A DNA stretch of 64,000 nucleotides from Alphaproteobacteria bacterium (GCA_965221125.1 CBDCRW010000005.1:384001-448000), one strand, 5' to 3'; positions 10,116-21,765 are shown, counted from the first letter of the stretch. Made by a program: numbers and translations. The notes: generated by a model not told the origin, from the sequence alone.

Positions 10116-11252
10116 TTACGACTGGCCGGGAATCAGCTCGCGATAGACGTCGAGGGTCGCGCTGCACATCCCCTCCAGCGTGAAGTTGGCGCGCACGTGA
10201 GCCTGGCCCGCGGCTGCCATGCTCTCGCGCTCCGCCTGGCTCGCGCCCAACGCCCGGCTGATCGCCTGCGCCAGCGCGGCCGTATCGCCCGGCGGCACCA
10301 GCCACCCGGTCTCGCCGTGGATGACGGTCTCGCACGCGCCGCCGTGGGCCGTGGCGATCGCGCGCCGCCCCATGGCCTGCGCCTCGGCGGGGACGCGCCC
10401 AAAACCCTCGGGGCGGAGCGAGGGCGAGACCACGACATCGGCCAGCATGTAAGCCGCCGCCATGTCCCGGCAGGCGCCGACGAGCTGCACACGGTGCCTG
10501 GGCCCGAGCGCCGCGATCCGTTGCTCGATGCGGGCGCGATAGCCCGCGTGCGCCGCGTCGGCGGTGCCGACGAAGAGGCAGCAGACGCCCTCCCCGACCG
10601 CCGCCAGCGCGTCGAGCAGCGCGAGATGCCCCTTCAACGTGGTCACGCGCCCCGGCAGCATGACGACGGGCTGCCGCTCCGGCACGCGCCACGCATCGCG
10701 GAGCGCGGCGATCCTCTCGGGGCCGACATGCGCGGGGTCGAACACCGAGAGGTCCACGCCGCGCGGGATGATCCTGATCCTGTCCGGCGGCACGGCGTAG
10801 GTCTCGGCGATGTGACGGGCGATGAATTGCGAGATCGCGATGACCCGTGCGCCCCGCGTCATGATCGCGTTGTAGCGCCGCTTGCCCGGCCAGCCGGCGG
10901 AATAGGCGCCGTGAAAGGTCGTGACGAAGGGCCGCCCCGCACGTCTGGCCGCGTAATGGGCGAGCCAGGCGGGCCAGCGCGAGCGGGCGTGGACGAGGTC
11001 CGCGCCCTCCTCGGCAATCAGGCGTGCAAGGCGCAGAATCGCACCCGGTGCCTGCGCGGGGTTGCGGCGGGCGACGGGCAGCGCCGCATGCTGCGCGCCG
11101 GCAGCGGCGGCCTGTTCCCGGTCCGCCTGCTCTCCGGTCACGATGAGGGAGCGCCAGCCGGCTTCAACCAGCGCGCGCGAGATGTCGAGCGTGCCCCGCT
11201 CCACGCCCCCGCCCCCGGCGAGGCTCGGCAGGACTTGAAGGACCGTTGGCAT
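10116..11252 (-). CDS. Glycosyltransferase family 4
   Basis: GGGVERGT, VHARSR.PAW, PGRVTTLKGH, PEGFGRVPAEAQAMG (EX7E motif). Confidence 0.9.
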   Translation of the reverse strand: MPTVLQVLPSLAGGGGVERGTLDISRALVEAGWRSLIVTGEQADREQAAAAGAQHAALPVARRNPAQAPGAILRLARLIAEEGADLVHARSRWPAWLAHYAARRAGRPFVTTFHGAYSAGWPGKRRYNAIMTRGARVIAISQFIARHIAETYAVPPDRIRIIPRGVDLSVFDPAHVGPERIAALRDAWRVPERQPVVMLPGRVTTLKGHLALLDALAAVGEGVCCLFVGTADAAHAGYRARIEQRIAALGPRHRVQLVGACRDMAAAYMLADVVVSPSLRPEGFGRVPAEAQAMGRRAIATAHGGACETVIHGETGWLVPPGDTAALAQAISRALGASQAERESMAAAGQAHVRANFTLEGMCSATLDVYRELIPGQS

Positions 11253-11365
11253 GAAATCCGTCCCGGACCGGGTCGGGCCCGGCCAGCGAGTATCGCAAAC
11301 CGCCGCGCTTGCGTCGAGACGGGCTCAGCGTACGAGTGAGGTCATCTCCCTGTCGGGCGCGCGTC

Positions 11366-11545
11366 CTAGACCGTTTCCGTTGTAGACGGAAACGGTCTAG
11401 GAATTTGTCGCTCACGGCAGCCGGTCTTCGTGCGCTTGCGCGCGCCTACCGGCGCGACGACCGGCGCCTGCGCGTGCGCGCCGCATTCGCGGCGGGCCGC
11501 TGTCGCGGCCTGTCGCGCGTCCGTCAAAGTCGGACGCGCATCTAG
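11366..11545 (-). repeat. Repeat family A, long form (180 bp, reverse orientation)
   Basis: CTAG at both ends; terminal hairpin AGACCGTTTCCG/CGGAAACGGTCT; shares modules with the copies at 22475, 36546, 46977, 51271 and 56922. Confidence 0.88.
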
Positions 11546-11731
11546 CTAGCGACCCGCACAGAGGCCGGACGGCCGCGAGCGCACGACGTCGCCGCGCACT
11601 GCGGCGTCGATGCAGCCCCGATTGATGCCGATATCGGCGAGTTCGCGGTCGGTCAGGCTCTCAAGCTCGTGCCGCGCGCGGTGGCGCTCCTGCCAGTTCC
11701 GAACCGCCTGGGTGATGGTTGCGAAATCCAT
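11546..11731 (-). CDS. DUF1127 (YjiS-like) small protein, 61 aa
   Basis: MDFATITQAVRNWQERHRARHELESLTDRELADIGINR; RBS AGGAGG upstream. Confidence 0.85.
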   Translation of the reverse strand: MDFATITQAVRNWQERHRARHELESLTDRELADIGINRGCIDAAVRGDVVRSRPSGLCAGR

Positions 11732-11983
11732 GACTTCACCTCCTGTTTCCGAAGTGTCGAAGGCGCAGCGGCGCCCGTTCTCGGGCATGCCGCTCACCGT
11801 TCCTGGGTCGGATATGTGACCGGCGGAAGCGCGCGCGAACCCCCGGACCCGGCATGGCTGCCATGCTGCGGGGACAATGCGTGGCGTGTGCGGTGCGACA
11901 GGCGGTCTCTCGCACTCGATCCGCGTGCGGGGAATGCCTATCTTTCGAGCGAGACGCGCCCACTCACGACGGATGAACCAGCC

Positions 11984-12871
11984 ATGTTCGACGGCTTCAC
12001 GAAGACGCGGATCGAGACTTCGACCATCGCGATCAATCTGGTGAAGGGCGGCGCGGGACCGCCGCTCCTGCTGCTGCACGGCTACCCGCAGAGCCACGTC
12101 ATGTGGCACAAGGTGGCGCCGTTGCTTGCCCCGCACTACACGGTGGTGGTGCCCGACCTGCGCGGCTACGGCGACAGCGGCAAGCCGGCCTCCGACGACT
12201 TCGAGGACCACTGCAAGCGCGCCTCGGCGCAGGACCAGGTCGACGTGATGGCAGCGCTCGGCTTCGACCGCTTCCACCTCGTCGGCCACGACCGCGGCGC
12301 CCGCGTCGGCCACCGCATGGCGCTCGACCACCCGGCGCAGGTCCGCACCTTCACCTCGCTCGACGTGGTGGCCTCGCAAGCGGTCTTCGAGAACATGGAC
12401 CGCGACCTCGCCTTCTCCTTCTTCCACTGGCACCTGATGCGCCAGCCGGCGCCGTTCCCCGAGACGCTGATCGGCAACAGCCCAAAACTCTTCCTCGATT
12501 TCCTGCTGGAGCAGTGGACCGCCGTGGACGGCGCGATCACGCCCGAGGCCTACGCGGAGTACCTCCGCTGCTTCAGCGATCCCGAGACGCTCCGCTGCAT
12601 GTGCCTGGATTACCGCTCCATCGCGCTCGACCTCGTCCACGACGAGGCGGACCGGGGCCGCAGGATCGCCTGCCCGATGCTGATGCTCTGGGCCGGCGAC
12701 ATGGCCCGGCGCCCCGGCTGGCAGACCGGCGGGTCGCTCGACGTGCTGGAGAGCTGGCGCGAGCGGGCCGAGGACGTGCGGGGCCGGGCGCTCGACTGCG
12801 GCCACTTCCTGCCCGAGGAGGCGCCGGAGGAGACGGCGCGGGAGATCCTGGCCTTCCTCGCCGAGCGCTGA
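11984..12871 (+). CDS. Haloacetate (fluoroacetate) dehalogenase-like alpha/beta hydrolase
   Basis: LLHGYPQ, DLRGYG, GHDRGAR (Asp nucleophile plus Arg pair), FFHW, DYR, CGHF. Confidence 0.82.
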   Translation: MFDGFTKTRIETSTIAINLVKGGAGPPLLLLHGYPQSHVMWHKVAPLLAPHYTVVVPDLRGYGDSGKPASDDFEDHCKRASAQDQVDVMAALGFDRFHLVGHDRGARVGHRMALDHPAQVRTFTSLDVVASQAVFENMDRDLAFSFFHWHLMRQPAPFPETLIGNSPKLFLDFLLEQWTAVDGAITPEAYAEYLRCFSDPETLRCMCLDYRSIALDLVHDEADRGRRIACPMLMLWAGDMARRPGWQTGGSLDVLESWRERAEDVRGRALDCGHFLPEEAPEETAREILAFLAER

Positions 12872-12892
12872 CGCGGCCCCTTCGCCCGCGCT

Positions 12893-14476
12893 CTAACTTC
12901 CCTCGCGCAGCCTGTAGCGCTGAACCTTGCCGGTGGCGGTCTTGGGCAGGCTGCCCACGTAGCGGAGCCAGCGCGGGTACTTGTAGCGCGCGAGCCCGGC
13001 CTTGCAGTGAGCCACCAGCGCCTCGCTCAGGCGCTCGCCCGGCGTGCGCCCCTCTGCGAGCACGATCCACGCCTCGGGCTTGATCAGCCCGTCGTCGTCG
13101 GCACGGCTCACGACGGCGGCTTCCAGCACCGCCTCATGGGCGATCAGCCGGGCCTCGATCTCGACAGGCGACACCCAGATGCCGCCGACCTTGAGCATGT
13201 CGTCCGAGCGCCCGCAGCAGACGTAACAGCCGGACTCGTCGATGGTGTAGGTGTCGCCGGTTCTGAGCCACGCGCCGTCGAAGGCAGTAGCGGTGCGCGC
13301 GGGCTCGCCCCAGTATTCGGCGATGAGCGACTGCCCGCGGATCAGCAGGTTGCCGGTCTCGCCCGGCGCCACGTCGCGCCCCTCGTCGTCGACGATGCGC
13401 ACCGCGTAGCCCGGCACGGGCGTGCCGCTGGTGCCGGGTCTCACCCGGCCCGGCCGGTTGGAGATGAAGATGTGCAGGCTCTCGGTGGTGCCGATCCCGT
13501 CGACGATGTCGAGCCCGGTGGCGGCCTGCCAGCGCTCGAGCAGCGGCGCCGGCAGCGGCTCGCCGGCCGAGACGCAGAGGCGGACACTGGAGAGGTCGGG
13601 CGATTCGCCTTCCAGCGCCTGTAGCTGCGCCGCGTAGAGCGTCGGCACGCCGTAGTAGACGCTCGGCCGGAACGCCTCGATGGTGGCGAAGGTCGAGGCC
13701 GGCGTCGGCCGCTCGGCATTGAGCACCGCGGTGCCACCGGTCCAGAGCGGGAACGTCATGGCGTTGCCAAGGCCGTAAGCGAAGAAAAGCTTGGCGGCGG
13801 AGTAGTGGACGTCCTCCGCCGTGATGCCGAGGGTGTCCACCGCGAAATACTGGCTGGTCACCACCATGTCGCGATGGCGGTGAACGGCGCCCTTGGGCCT
13901 GCCCGTGGATCCCGACGTGTAGAGCCAGAAGGCCGCGTCGGCGGCGGCCGCAGGCGCCGGCTCCAGCGCATCGGATGCGCCGGCCAGCCGTGCCAGAAAC
14001 GTGTCGCCCTCGCCGTCGGCGGGCAGTGCGCGGGACGGCCGGTGGGATGCCTCGGCCAGTGCGCCGGCGATCTCGCCCACGAACTCCGGCGACCACACGA
14101 CGCAGGCGGCGCGCGCGTTCTCGATGACGAAGCGGTAGTCCGGCGCGCGCAGCAGCGTGTTGAGCGGGACCGGCACGAACCCTGCCTTGATCGCGCCCCA
14201 GAACAGATAGAAGAAAAGCGGGCAGTCCTTCACCACCATGAGCACGCGGTCGCCGCGGCCGAGCCCCAGCGCGGCCAGCGCGTTGCCCGCGCGGTTCACG
14301 TTGGCGGCGAGGTCCGCATAGCTCACGTCCCCCGCCGCGTCGCGGATCGCCACACGCGCGCCGCGTCCCTCGGCGACATGCCGGTCGATGAACGGCACCG
14401 CGACATTGAACACGTCGGCGAACGCCAGCGCGGTCGGCGTCTGCGCGGTATCGACCGCGACGGTGTGATCGTCCAT
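12893..14476 (-). CDS. Benzoate-CoA ligase family aryl-CoA ligase
   Basis: WLYTSGSTGRPKG, KLFFAYGLGN, SAGEPLP, DGIGTTE, GRSDDMLKVGGIWVSP, LPKTATGKVQR. Confidence 0.88.
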   Translation of the reverse strand: MDDHTVAVDTAQTPTALAFADVFNVAVPFIDRHVAEGRGARVAIRDAAGDVSYADLAANVNRAGNALAALGLGRGDRVLMVVKDCPLFFYLFWGAIKAGFVPVPLNTLLRAPDYRFVIENARAACVVWSPEFVGEIAGALAEASHRPSRALPADGEGDTFLARLAGASDALEPAPAAAADAAFWLYTSGSTGRPKGAVHRHRDMVVTSQYFAVDTLGITAEDVHYSAAKLFFAYGLGNAMTFPLWTGGTAVLNAERPTPASTFATIEAFRPSVYYGVPTLYAAQLQALEGESPDLSSVRLCVSAGEPLPAPLLERWQAATGLDIVDGIGTTESLHIFISNRPGRVRPGTSGTPVPGYAVRIVDDEGRDVAPGETGNLLIRGQSLIAEYWGEPARTATAFDGAWLRTGDTYTIDESGCYVCCGRSDDMLKVGGIWVSPVEIEARLIAHEAVLEAAVVSRADDDGLIKPEAWIVLAEGRTPGERLSEALVAHCKAGLARYKYPRWLRYVGSLPKTATGKVQRYRLREGS

Positions 14477-14621
14477 GGCGTTCCCCCGCCATCCCGAATG
14501 CCGTTTCGCGCCCGGCGGCGCTACCGGGGTAACCTAAGCCCAATTGCGCGCGCCCGCAGTCGCCAAATCGACAGGCGGCGAGGGTGTGGCGCGGGACGTG
14601 GGCTGGGCGCAGGGGAGGGCA

Positions 14622-16217
14622 ATGACGGCGTGGGATTACATCGTCGTGGGCGCGGGCTCCGCCGGCTGCGCCGTTGCCGGGCGGCTCTCGGAGGACGGGC
14701 GAAGCCGCGTACTGGTGCTGGAGGCCGGCGGCTCGGACCGGCGCCTCGCCATTGCGATGCCGGCGGCGAGCTTCCTCCTCGCGCTGGGCAACCCGCGCTA
14801 CGACTGGGCGTACAAGGCCGAGCCGGACCCGACACGCGGCGGACGCCGGGACCTCATGCCGCGCGGCAAGGTGTTGGGCGGCACCAGCGCGATCAACGGC
14901 ATGTCCTACGTGCGCGGACAGCCGGTGGATTACGACGAATGGGCCGCGCAGGGCTGCCACGGCTGGGACTTCGCGAGCGTGCTCCCCTACTTCAAGCGGG
15001 CGGAGGACAATGAGAACGGCGCCGACGCCTACCACGGCACGGGCGGGCCGCTCGCGGTCTCCAATCGCCGCACCCTGCACCCGCTGTCCGAAGCCTACCT
15101 CCAGTCCTGCATCGCGGTCGGCATGAGCCGCATGGCGGATATCAACACACCGCCGCAGGCGGGCGTCGGCTACGTGCCCGTGACCCAGCGCCGGGGGCGG
15201 CGCTGGAGCGCGGCGCGCGCCTACCTGCGGCCGGCGATGGGGCGGCGGAACCTGCGGGTGCTGACGCACGCGCATGCGCGGCGCGTGCTGTTCGAGGGCA
15301 GGCGAGCCACCGGCGTCGAGTACACCCGCCGGGGGCGCACCGAGCGGACCGAGGCCGCGCGCGCGGTAATCCTCTCCGCCGGCACGTTCGCCTCGCCGCA
15401 GCTCCTGATGCTCTCAGGCGTGGGCCCCGCCGCCCATCTGGGCGAACACGGCGTTCCCGTGGCTCACGACCTGCCGGGCGTCGGCGAGAACCTTCAGGAT
15501 CATCCGGGCCTCGCCCAGACCTGCTGGGCGAACGTGACCACCTACAACATGCTGACCGGCCCCGCTCGTGCGCTGGCGCTGGGCGCGCAATGGCTGCTCA
15601 CCGGGACCGGGCCGGGCTCGACGCCCCATTCCCAGGTGACCGCCTTCACGTGCCACGACGGGGGCAGGGGCCGGTCCGACATCCAGTACCTGTTCTCGCC
15701 CGCCGGCTTCGATCTCTCGGAGGATGGGCCGGTGCTGTTCGACCGCCCGGCGGTCACGGGGCTGCTCAACGTGCTCAGGCCCTTCTCGCGCGGCCGGGTG
15801 CGGCTTGCCTCCGCCGACCCCTTCGCGCAGCCGGCAATTCAGCCCAACCTCTTCGCCGACGAGCGCGACCTCGAGCTGCTGCTCGCCGGCGCCAAGCTGC
15901 AGCGCCGCATCTTCGAGACCGCGCCGCTCTCCCGCTTCATCGCCGGCCACCTCCGGCCCGGCCCTGACGTGCAGAGCGACGACGAGTGGCGCGCCTACCT
16001 GCGCGAGGGCGCCATGAGCGCCTACCACCCGGCGGGCACCTGCAAGATGGGCCACGACGGGATGGCGGTCGTCGACGACCGCCTGCAGGTGCGGGGGCTC
16101 GCGAACCTCTACGTCGCCGACGCGTCGATCATGCCGGCGATCGTGAGCGGCAATCTCCACGCGACCTGCGTCATGATCGGCGAGAAGGCGGCAGACCTCG
16201 TCCGCGCCTCAGGCTGA
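14622..16217 (+). CDS. GMC family FAD oxidoreductase (choline/alcohol dehydrogenase-like)
   Basis: DYIVVGAGSAGC, RGKVLGGTSAINGM, VGENLQDH, YHPAGTCKMG, DASIMP. Confidence 0.9.
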   Translation: MTAWDYIVVGAGSAGCAVAGRLSEDGRSRVLVLEAGGSDRRLAIAMPAASFLLALGNPRYDWAYKAEPDPTRGGRRDLMPRGKVLGGTSAINGMSYVRGQPVDYDEWAAQGCHGWDFASVLPYFKRAEDNENGADAYHGTGGPLAVSNRRTLHPLSEAYLQSCIAVGMSRMADINTPPQAGVGYVPVTQRRGRRWSAARAYLRPAMGRRNLRVLTHAHARRVLFEGRRATGVEYTRRGRTERTEAARAVILSAGTFASPQLLMLSGVGPAAHLGEHGVPVAHDLPGVGENLQDHPGLAQTCWANVTTYNMLTGPARALALGAQWLLTGTGPGSTPHSQVTAFTCHDGGRGRSDIQYLFSPAGFDLSEDGPVLFDRPAVTGLLNVLRPFSRGRVRLASADPFAQPAIQPNLFADERDLELLLAGAKLQRRIFETAPLSRFIAGHLRPGPDVQSDDEWRAYLREGAMSAYHPAGTCKMGHDGMAVVDDRLQVRGLANLYVADASIMPAIVSGNLHATCVMIGEKAADLVRASG

Positions 16218-17042
16218 GCGGCCGGAGCGCTCCAGCCACGCGTTCACGGCGTCCTCCATGGTGAGGAAGGTCGCGCCGAGCCCCTTCAGCGCCTCGATCA
16301 GCCGCTCCATCATCATCATGCGGTGGCCCCGGCCAATCACGAAGGGGTGGCAGGTGTAGGTGAGCACGCCCCACTCCATGGTGCGGGTCATGTACTCGAA
16401 GTCGTCCGCCCAGTTCTCCAGCACGCCGCCCGCCGGCATCAGGCCGGGCATGCTGTACTGCTTGTTCCGCACGTACTCGAAGTGGGGGTAGTCGTCGAGC
16501 GTCCAGCTTATCGGCATCTCGACCAGGCTGGTCTCGGGTCCGAAGCGCATGGGCTCGTCCAGCGCGATCACGTCGCCCGTGCGCGCGAAATAGGGCGTGT
16601 AGTCGTTGCCCATCATGCTGCTCTCGTAGAGGAAGCCGCGGCCGACCAGGAGCTCGACCGTGTTCTCGCTCAGGTCCCACGCGGGCGAGCGGTAGCCGCG
16701 CGGCTTTCGCCCGCACAGCTTGACGATGGCGTCGGTGCCGCGCTGGAGGCCCGTCTCCTCCTCGTCGCGCGACATGGTGACGGGCGACATGTGGGTCCAG
16801 CCGTGATGGCCGATCTCGTGTCCGGCTTCGGCGATGCGGGCCGACATCGCAGGATAGGTCTCGATCGTGTGGCCGGGGATGAACCAGGTGGCATGGATGC
16901 CGTGCTGCTCGAGCAGCGCCAGGACGCGTTCGGCGCCCACGAGGCCGAACTCGCCGCGGCTGATCGACGTCGGCGAGTGCTGGCCCTGGGCGATGTAGCC
17001 CGAGACGGCATCGAAGTCGAAGGTCAGGCAGGCGATGTGCAT
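16209..17042 (-). CDS. Polysaccharide deacetylase family protein (CE4, PgdA/PuuE-like)
   Basis: TFDFD, ATWFIPG, HEIGHHGWTH, GYRSP, YESSMM, HPFVIGR. Confidence 0.85.
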   Translation of the reverse strand: MHIACLTFDFDAVSGYIAQGQHSPTSISRGEFGLVGAERVLALLEQHGIHATWFIPGHTIETYPAMSARIAEAGHEIGHHGWTHMSPVTMSRDEEETGLQRGTDAIVKLCGRKPRGYRSPAWDLSENTVELLVGRGFLYESSMMGNDYTPYFARTGDVIALDEPMRFGPETSLVEMPISWTLDDYPHFEYVRNKQYSMPGLMPAGGVLENWADDFEYMTRTMEWGVLTYTCHPFVIGRGHRMMMMERLIEALKGLGATFLTMEDAVNAWLERSGRSA

Positions 17043-17235
17043 GGCCGTCCCCCTATGTCGCATTTCGTTTTCATGATGTCCTTTTCCGCATCGTTTCGCA
17101 CTATTGTTCCCTGCCACGCCCATCGCATTGCGGTATCGTGAGCGTCCCGCCACTGCGTGAATCCGCCATGTCGATCATGCGCCGTCCGATCCCCGGCGTG
17201 GCCCGTTGCGGCCGCGCGCCTCGCCCGGCCGCGCC

Positions 17236-18111
17236 GTGATCGCCGGCTCTGCGCTCTTCGGCGTCGGCGCCGCGGCCAGCTGGGGCGTCGGCGACTTCAC
17301 GTCCCGCTTCCTCGGCCGCTCGATCGGCGTGCCGGCTGCGCTGCTTGGCATCATGGTGATCGGCAGCCTCGTGGCCGGGCTCTACATCCTGATCAGCGGC
17401 GAGCCCGTCATCTGGGAGCTTTCGGGCCTCTGGCTGCTGGCGCTGAACGGGCTCGCCACCATGGCGGCGACGTTCATGCTGTTCGAGGCGCTCACCCGCG
17501 GCCCGGTCTCGCTCGGCTCGCCGATGGTCTCCAGCTATCCGGCGTTCGCGGTGCCGATGACGGTGGTCTTCGGCGCCCGGCCGGAGCCCATCCACTGGGT
17601 CGCGATGGCGGCCACTCTCGGCGGAGTCTGGCTGGTGGCGCTCGCCGTCTACCGCATGGAAGCCGGCGACAAGCCGGAATACGAGCCGAGGGTGCTGCGG
17701 CGCTCGGTGCTGATGGCGATCGGCTCGGCGTTTCTCTTTGCCGTCGCCCTGCTTGCGGCCGACGAGGCAATCGGGCGCTACGGGCTGCCCCTCACGCTGC
17801 TGTCTGGGCGCCTGGTCAGCGTCCTGGTTCTGGCCGCAGTCTTCCTCGCGCTGCGCCGTGCGCCGTGCTATCCGGTCAAGTCCTGGCCGCTTCTTGGCGT
17901 CCTCGCCGTGGCGGACACCCTCGGCTACATCTTCGTCTACGCCGGCCTCGCGATGGAGAACGGCGAGTTCGCCATCGTCACCAGCTCCGCCTATTCGGTG
18001 GTGACGATCCTGCTGGCGCGCATCATCCTGAAGGAGCAGGTGGTGCCGCTTCAGTGGCTGGGCGTCGCCATCGTCATCGCCGGGATCGGCACGCTGTCCG
18101 CGACCGGATAA
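17236..18111 (+). CDS. DMT/EamA family transporter (start uncertain)
   Basis: About 10 hydrophobic segments; WG..DF..R, GPVSL.SP, ARIILKE. Confidence 0.8.
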   Translation: MIAGSALFGVGAAASWGVGDFTSRFLGRSIGVPAALLGIMVIGSLVAGLYILISGEPVIWELSGLWLLALNGLATMAATFMLFEALTRGPVSLGSPMVSSYPAFAVPMTVVFGARPEPIHWVAMAATLGGVWLVALAVYRMEAGDKPEYEPRVLRRSVLMAIGSAFLFAVALLAADEAIGRYGLPLTLLSGRLVSVLVLAAVFLALRRAPCYPVKSWPLLGVLAVADTLGYIFVYAGLAMENGEFAIVTSSAYSVVTILLARIILKEQVVPLQWLGVAIVIAGIGTLSATG

Positions 18112-18122
18112 CCCGAACTAAT

Positions 18123-19220
<1,098 letters not shown>

Positions 19221-19230
19221 TGCGCCCCTC

Positions 19231-20106
19231 CTACCCCTTGACCGCGCCCATGGTGATGCCTCGCACGAGGAAGCGCTGGAGCGTCGCCACCGCGAAGAAC
19301 ACCGGGAGCGTGCCGAGCACCGAGAGCGCCGCGATCTTCGTCCAGAAGGTCGACTGGGCGCCGTAGTAGTGGGTGACCAGCACCGGGAAGGTCAGCACCT
19401 CGGTGCGGGTCAGGATCAGCGCGAAGACGAACTCGTTCCACGCGAAGATGAAGGTGAACACCGCCGTCGCGAAGATTCCGGTGCGCGCCATGGGGAAGAC
19501 GATCTTGCGCAGCGCCTGCCAGCGCGAGCAGCCGTCGGTCAGCGCGCTCTCCTCCACCTCCACCGGGATGTCCTCGATGTAGCCGCGCATCATCCAGATC
19601 ACGTAGGGCAGGTTGAAGGCGATGTAGAGCAGGATCAGCCCGATGTAGCTGTCGATCCAGCCCAGCCAGACGAACAGCAGGAAGACCGGGAAGACGATGA
19701 CGATGGGCGGGATCATCCGCTGCGAGATGATCCAGATCGCGAGGTTCTGCCCGCCGGTCTTGAAGCGCGCGATGCTGTAGGCGGCCGCCGTGCCGATCAC
19801 CATGGCGACGACCGTGGACACGGTGGCGATGATCAGGCTGTTGTAGATGGCCCAGACGTCGCCGTCCTTGAACAGGACCCCGAAGATGCGAAAGGTCGGC
19901 TGCTCGGGGAACCAAACCGGCGGGCGGGCGAAGATGTCGCCTGCCGACTTGATCGACGTGATGAAGAGCCAGTAGACGGGGAAGAGGAAGAACACCAGCA
20001 CCACCAGCGCGAGCAGGAAGCGCCAGGCCAGGCGGCGGCGCTCGCGGGTGAGCCAGTGCGGCCAGCGGCTGGGGGGCTGGGGGGCCGGCGTGTCGGATAC
20101 CGTCAT
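19231..20106 (-). CDS. Carbohydrate ABC permease (MalG-like)
   Basis: EESALTDGC (EAA loop), FAWNEF, GITMGAVKG. Confidence 0.92.
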   Translation of the reverse strand: MTVSDTPAPQPPSRWPHWLTRERRRLAWRFLLALVVLVFFLFPVYWLFITSIKSAGDIFARPPVWFPEQPTFRIFGVLFKDGDVWAIYNSLIIATVSTVVAMVIGTAAAYSIARFKTGGQNLAIWIISQRMIPPIVIVFPVFLLFVWLGWIDSYIGLILLYIAFNLPYVIWMMRGYIEDIPVEVEESALTDGCSRWQALRKIVFPMARTGIFATAVFTFIFAWNEFVFALILTRTEVLTFPVLVTHYYGAQSTFWTKIAALSVLGTLPVFFAVATLQRFLVRGITMGAVKG

Positions 20107-21017
20107 CGCGCAATCTCCACGCGCTTCAAGGCGAAGATGACGATGATCGAGAGCAGGATGATCACCAGGAAGGCGATCGCCCCCGCGTAGCTCGTCTCGA
20201 ACTCCTTGAAGGCCCGGATGTAGGTGTAGATCGAGATCGTCTCGGTCATCGTGCCGGGGCCGCCCTTGGTCATCGCCCAGATGATGTCGAAGATGCGGAA
20301 GAGGTCGAGCGCGCGGATCAGGATGGCGATGATGAGCACCGGCTTGATCACCGGCAGCGTGATCTTGAAGAAGATCTTCCAGAACGAGGCGCCGTCGATC
20401 TCGGCCGCCTCGATCAGGCTGCGGTCAACGTTCGACAGCGCGGCCAGCAGGATCAGGAACATGAACGGCGTCCACTGCCACACTTCGCAGATCAGGATCG
20501 CCGGATAGACCCACTCCGGCCGGGACAGCCAGAGGATCGCCACGTGCTCCGTCGTGAACCAGTTGATGATCTGGTTGATCGGCCCGTACTGGTTGTCGAA
20601 CATCAGCCGCCAGGTCGAGCCCGCGACGATCGGCGAGATGACGGTGGGGATGATCAGGAGGGCGATGAACACCTGCTTGAGCGGCATCTTCTCGAGGAAG
20701 AGCTGCGCCATGAGCAGGCCCAGCACCAGCTCGATGGGGAGCGCGATGGCCAGGATCAGGAAGGTGTGGCCCATCGATTCCCAGAGCCGCGTGTCCGAGA
20801 AGAGGGCTGCGTAGTGCTTGCCGCCGGACCAGGAGGTGTCCTCGGCCAGCATGGTGATGTCCTGGAAGCTGACGATGCCGGTGTGGATCAGCGGGTAGAG
20901 GCCGACCATCAGGAGCACGATGATCGAGGGCGCGATCACCAGCCACTTGAAGTGCCGGTCGGCGAAGATGCTCGCGCGGCGACCGATGTGCGGGTTCCGG
21001 CCCGCGACGGCCGTCAT
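20103..21017 (-). CDS. Carbohydrate ABC permease (MalF-like)
   Basis: WQWTPF, EAAEIDGAS, MTKGGPG; overlaps the next gene by 4 nt. Confidence 0.92.
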   Translation of the reverse strand: MTAVAGRNPHIGRRASIFADRHFKWLVIAPSIIVLLMVGLYPLIHTGIVSFQDITMLAEDTSWSGGKHYAALFSDTRLWESMGHTFLILAIALPIELVLGLLMAQLFLEKMPLKQVFIALLIIPTVISPIVAGSTWRLMFDNQYGPINQIINWFTTEHVAILWLSRPEWVYPAILICEVWQWTPFMFLILLAALSNVDRSLIEAAEIDGASFWKIFFKITLPVIKPVLIIAILIRALDLFRIFDIIWAMTKGGPGTMTETISIYTYIRAFKEFETSYAGAIAFLVIILLSIIVIFALKRVEIAR

Positions 21018-21154
21018 GCGCAGACTCTCACCGCCGGAACGCCGGCGGGGTCAGAAACCGCTCCCGCCATGCCGCTCCCGTCCATGCCGGCCCGCTGCGT
21101 TCCATCCGCACAGCCGTGAGAGGTAACGGAAACGCCCGCGGGGCGCAACGTTCG

Positions 21155-21201
21155 CCGTGCCGGTGCGCTCACCGGGCCGGTGCGCTCACCGTGCCGGTGC
21201 G
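21155..21201. repeat. 17-bp tandem repeat, about 2.8 copies, in a divergent promoter region
   Basis: CCGTGCCGGTGCGCTCA / CCGGGCCGGTGCGCTCA / CCGTGCCGGTGCG. Confidence 0.75.
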
Positions 21202-21315
21202 GCGATGCGCGATCGGCCATGGCACGGCGGCCGCTTGCGCGTATGATGCGGCGGCAATCGGAACGGCGGGGCCCCGCATGAGCAGGGGCCGTGCGGGCAA
21301 GAGGGAGATTGTCGG

Positions 21316-21765
21316 ATGAGTCAGATCGGCTACGCCATGCAATTCAAGGGGTCCGCCGGGCCGAAAGAGGGCAAGGAAAACGAGCTCTGGGCCAAGTCGG
21401 GCTCCACTACCAACGGGCTCTCCACCGCGCTCGGCGCAGGCGGCCCCACCCTCGCCATCGACGAGGCGGCCTCGCAGCGGGCGACGTTCACGTCCAACGT
21501 GCAGATTCTCGAGGACGGCACGTTCACCGAGGACGGGACCATCGATTTCGGCGAGGCCGGCACGCTCGACTTCAGCACCATCGGTACCGGGTGGATGGGG
21601 CCGAGCGCGGTGGACGGGCTCACGCACGGCGGAATCAGCTGGCGGATCGACGGCGGCACGGGCCCGCTCGCGGGCGCGAGCGGCATCATCACCTCCAACT
21701 TCACCGTCTCGGGCGCCGGCGAAGTCACCGACAACCAGTGGGGCGTGATCTTCGTCGGTGACTGA
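21316..21765 (+). CDS. Hypothetical protein, probably all-beta (allene oxide cyclase/dirigent-like barrel)
   Basis: RBS GAGGGAG; host-like codon usage; WRIDGGTGPLAGASG motif. Confidence 0.7.
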   Translation: MSQIGYAMQFKGSAGPKEGKENELWAKSGSTTNGLSTALGAGGPTLAIDEAASQRATFTSNVQILEDGTFTEDGTIDFGEAGTLDFSTIGTGWMGPSAVDGLTHGGISWRIDGGTGPLAGASGIITSNFTVSGAGEVTDNQWGVIFVGD

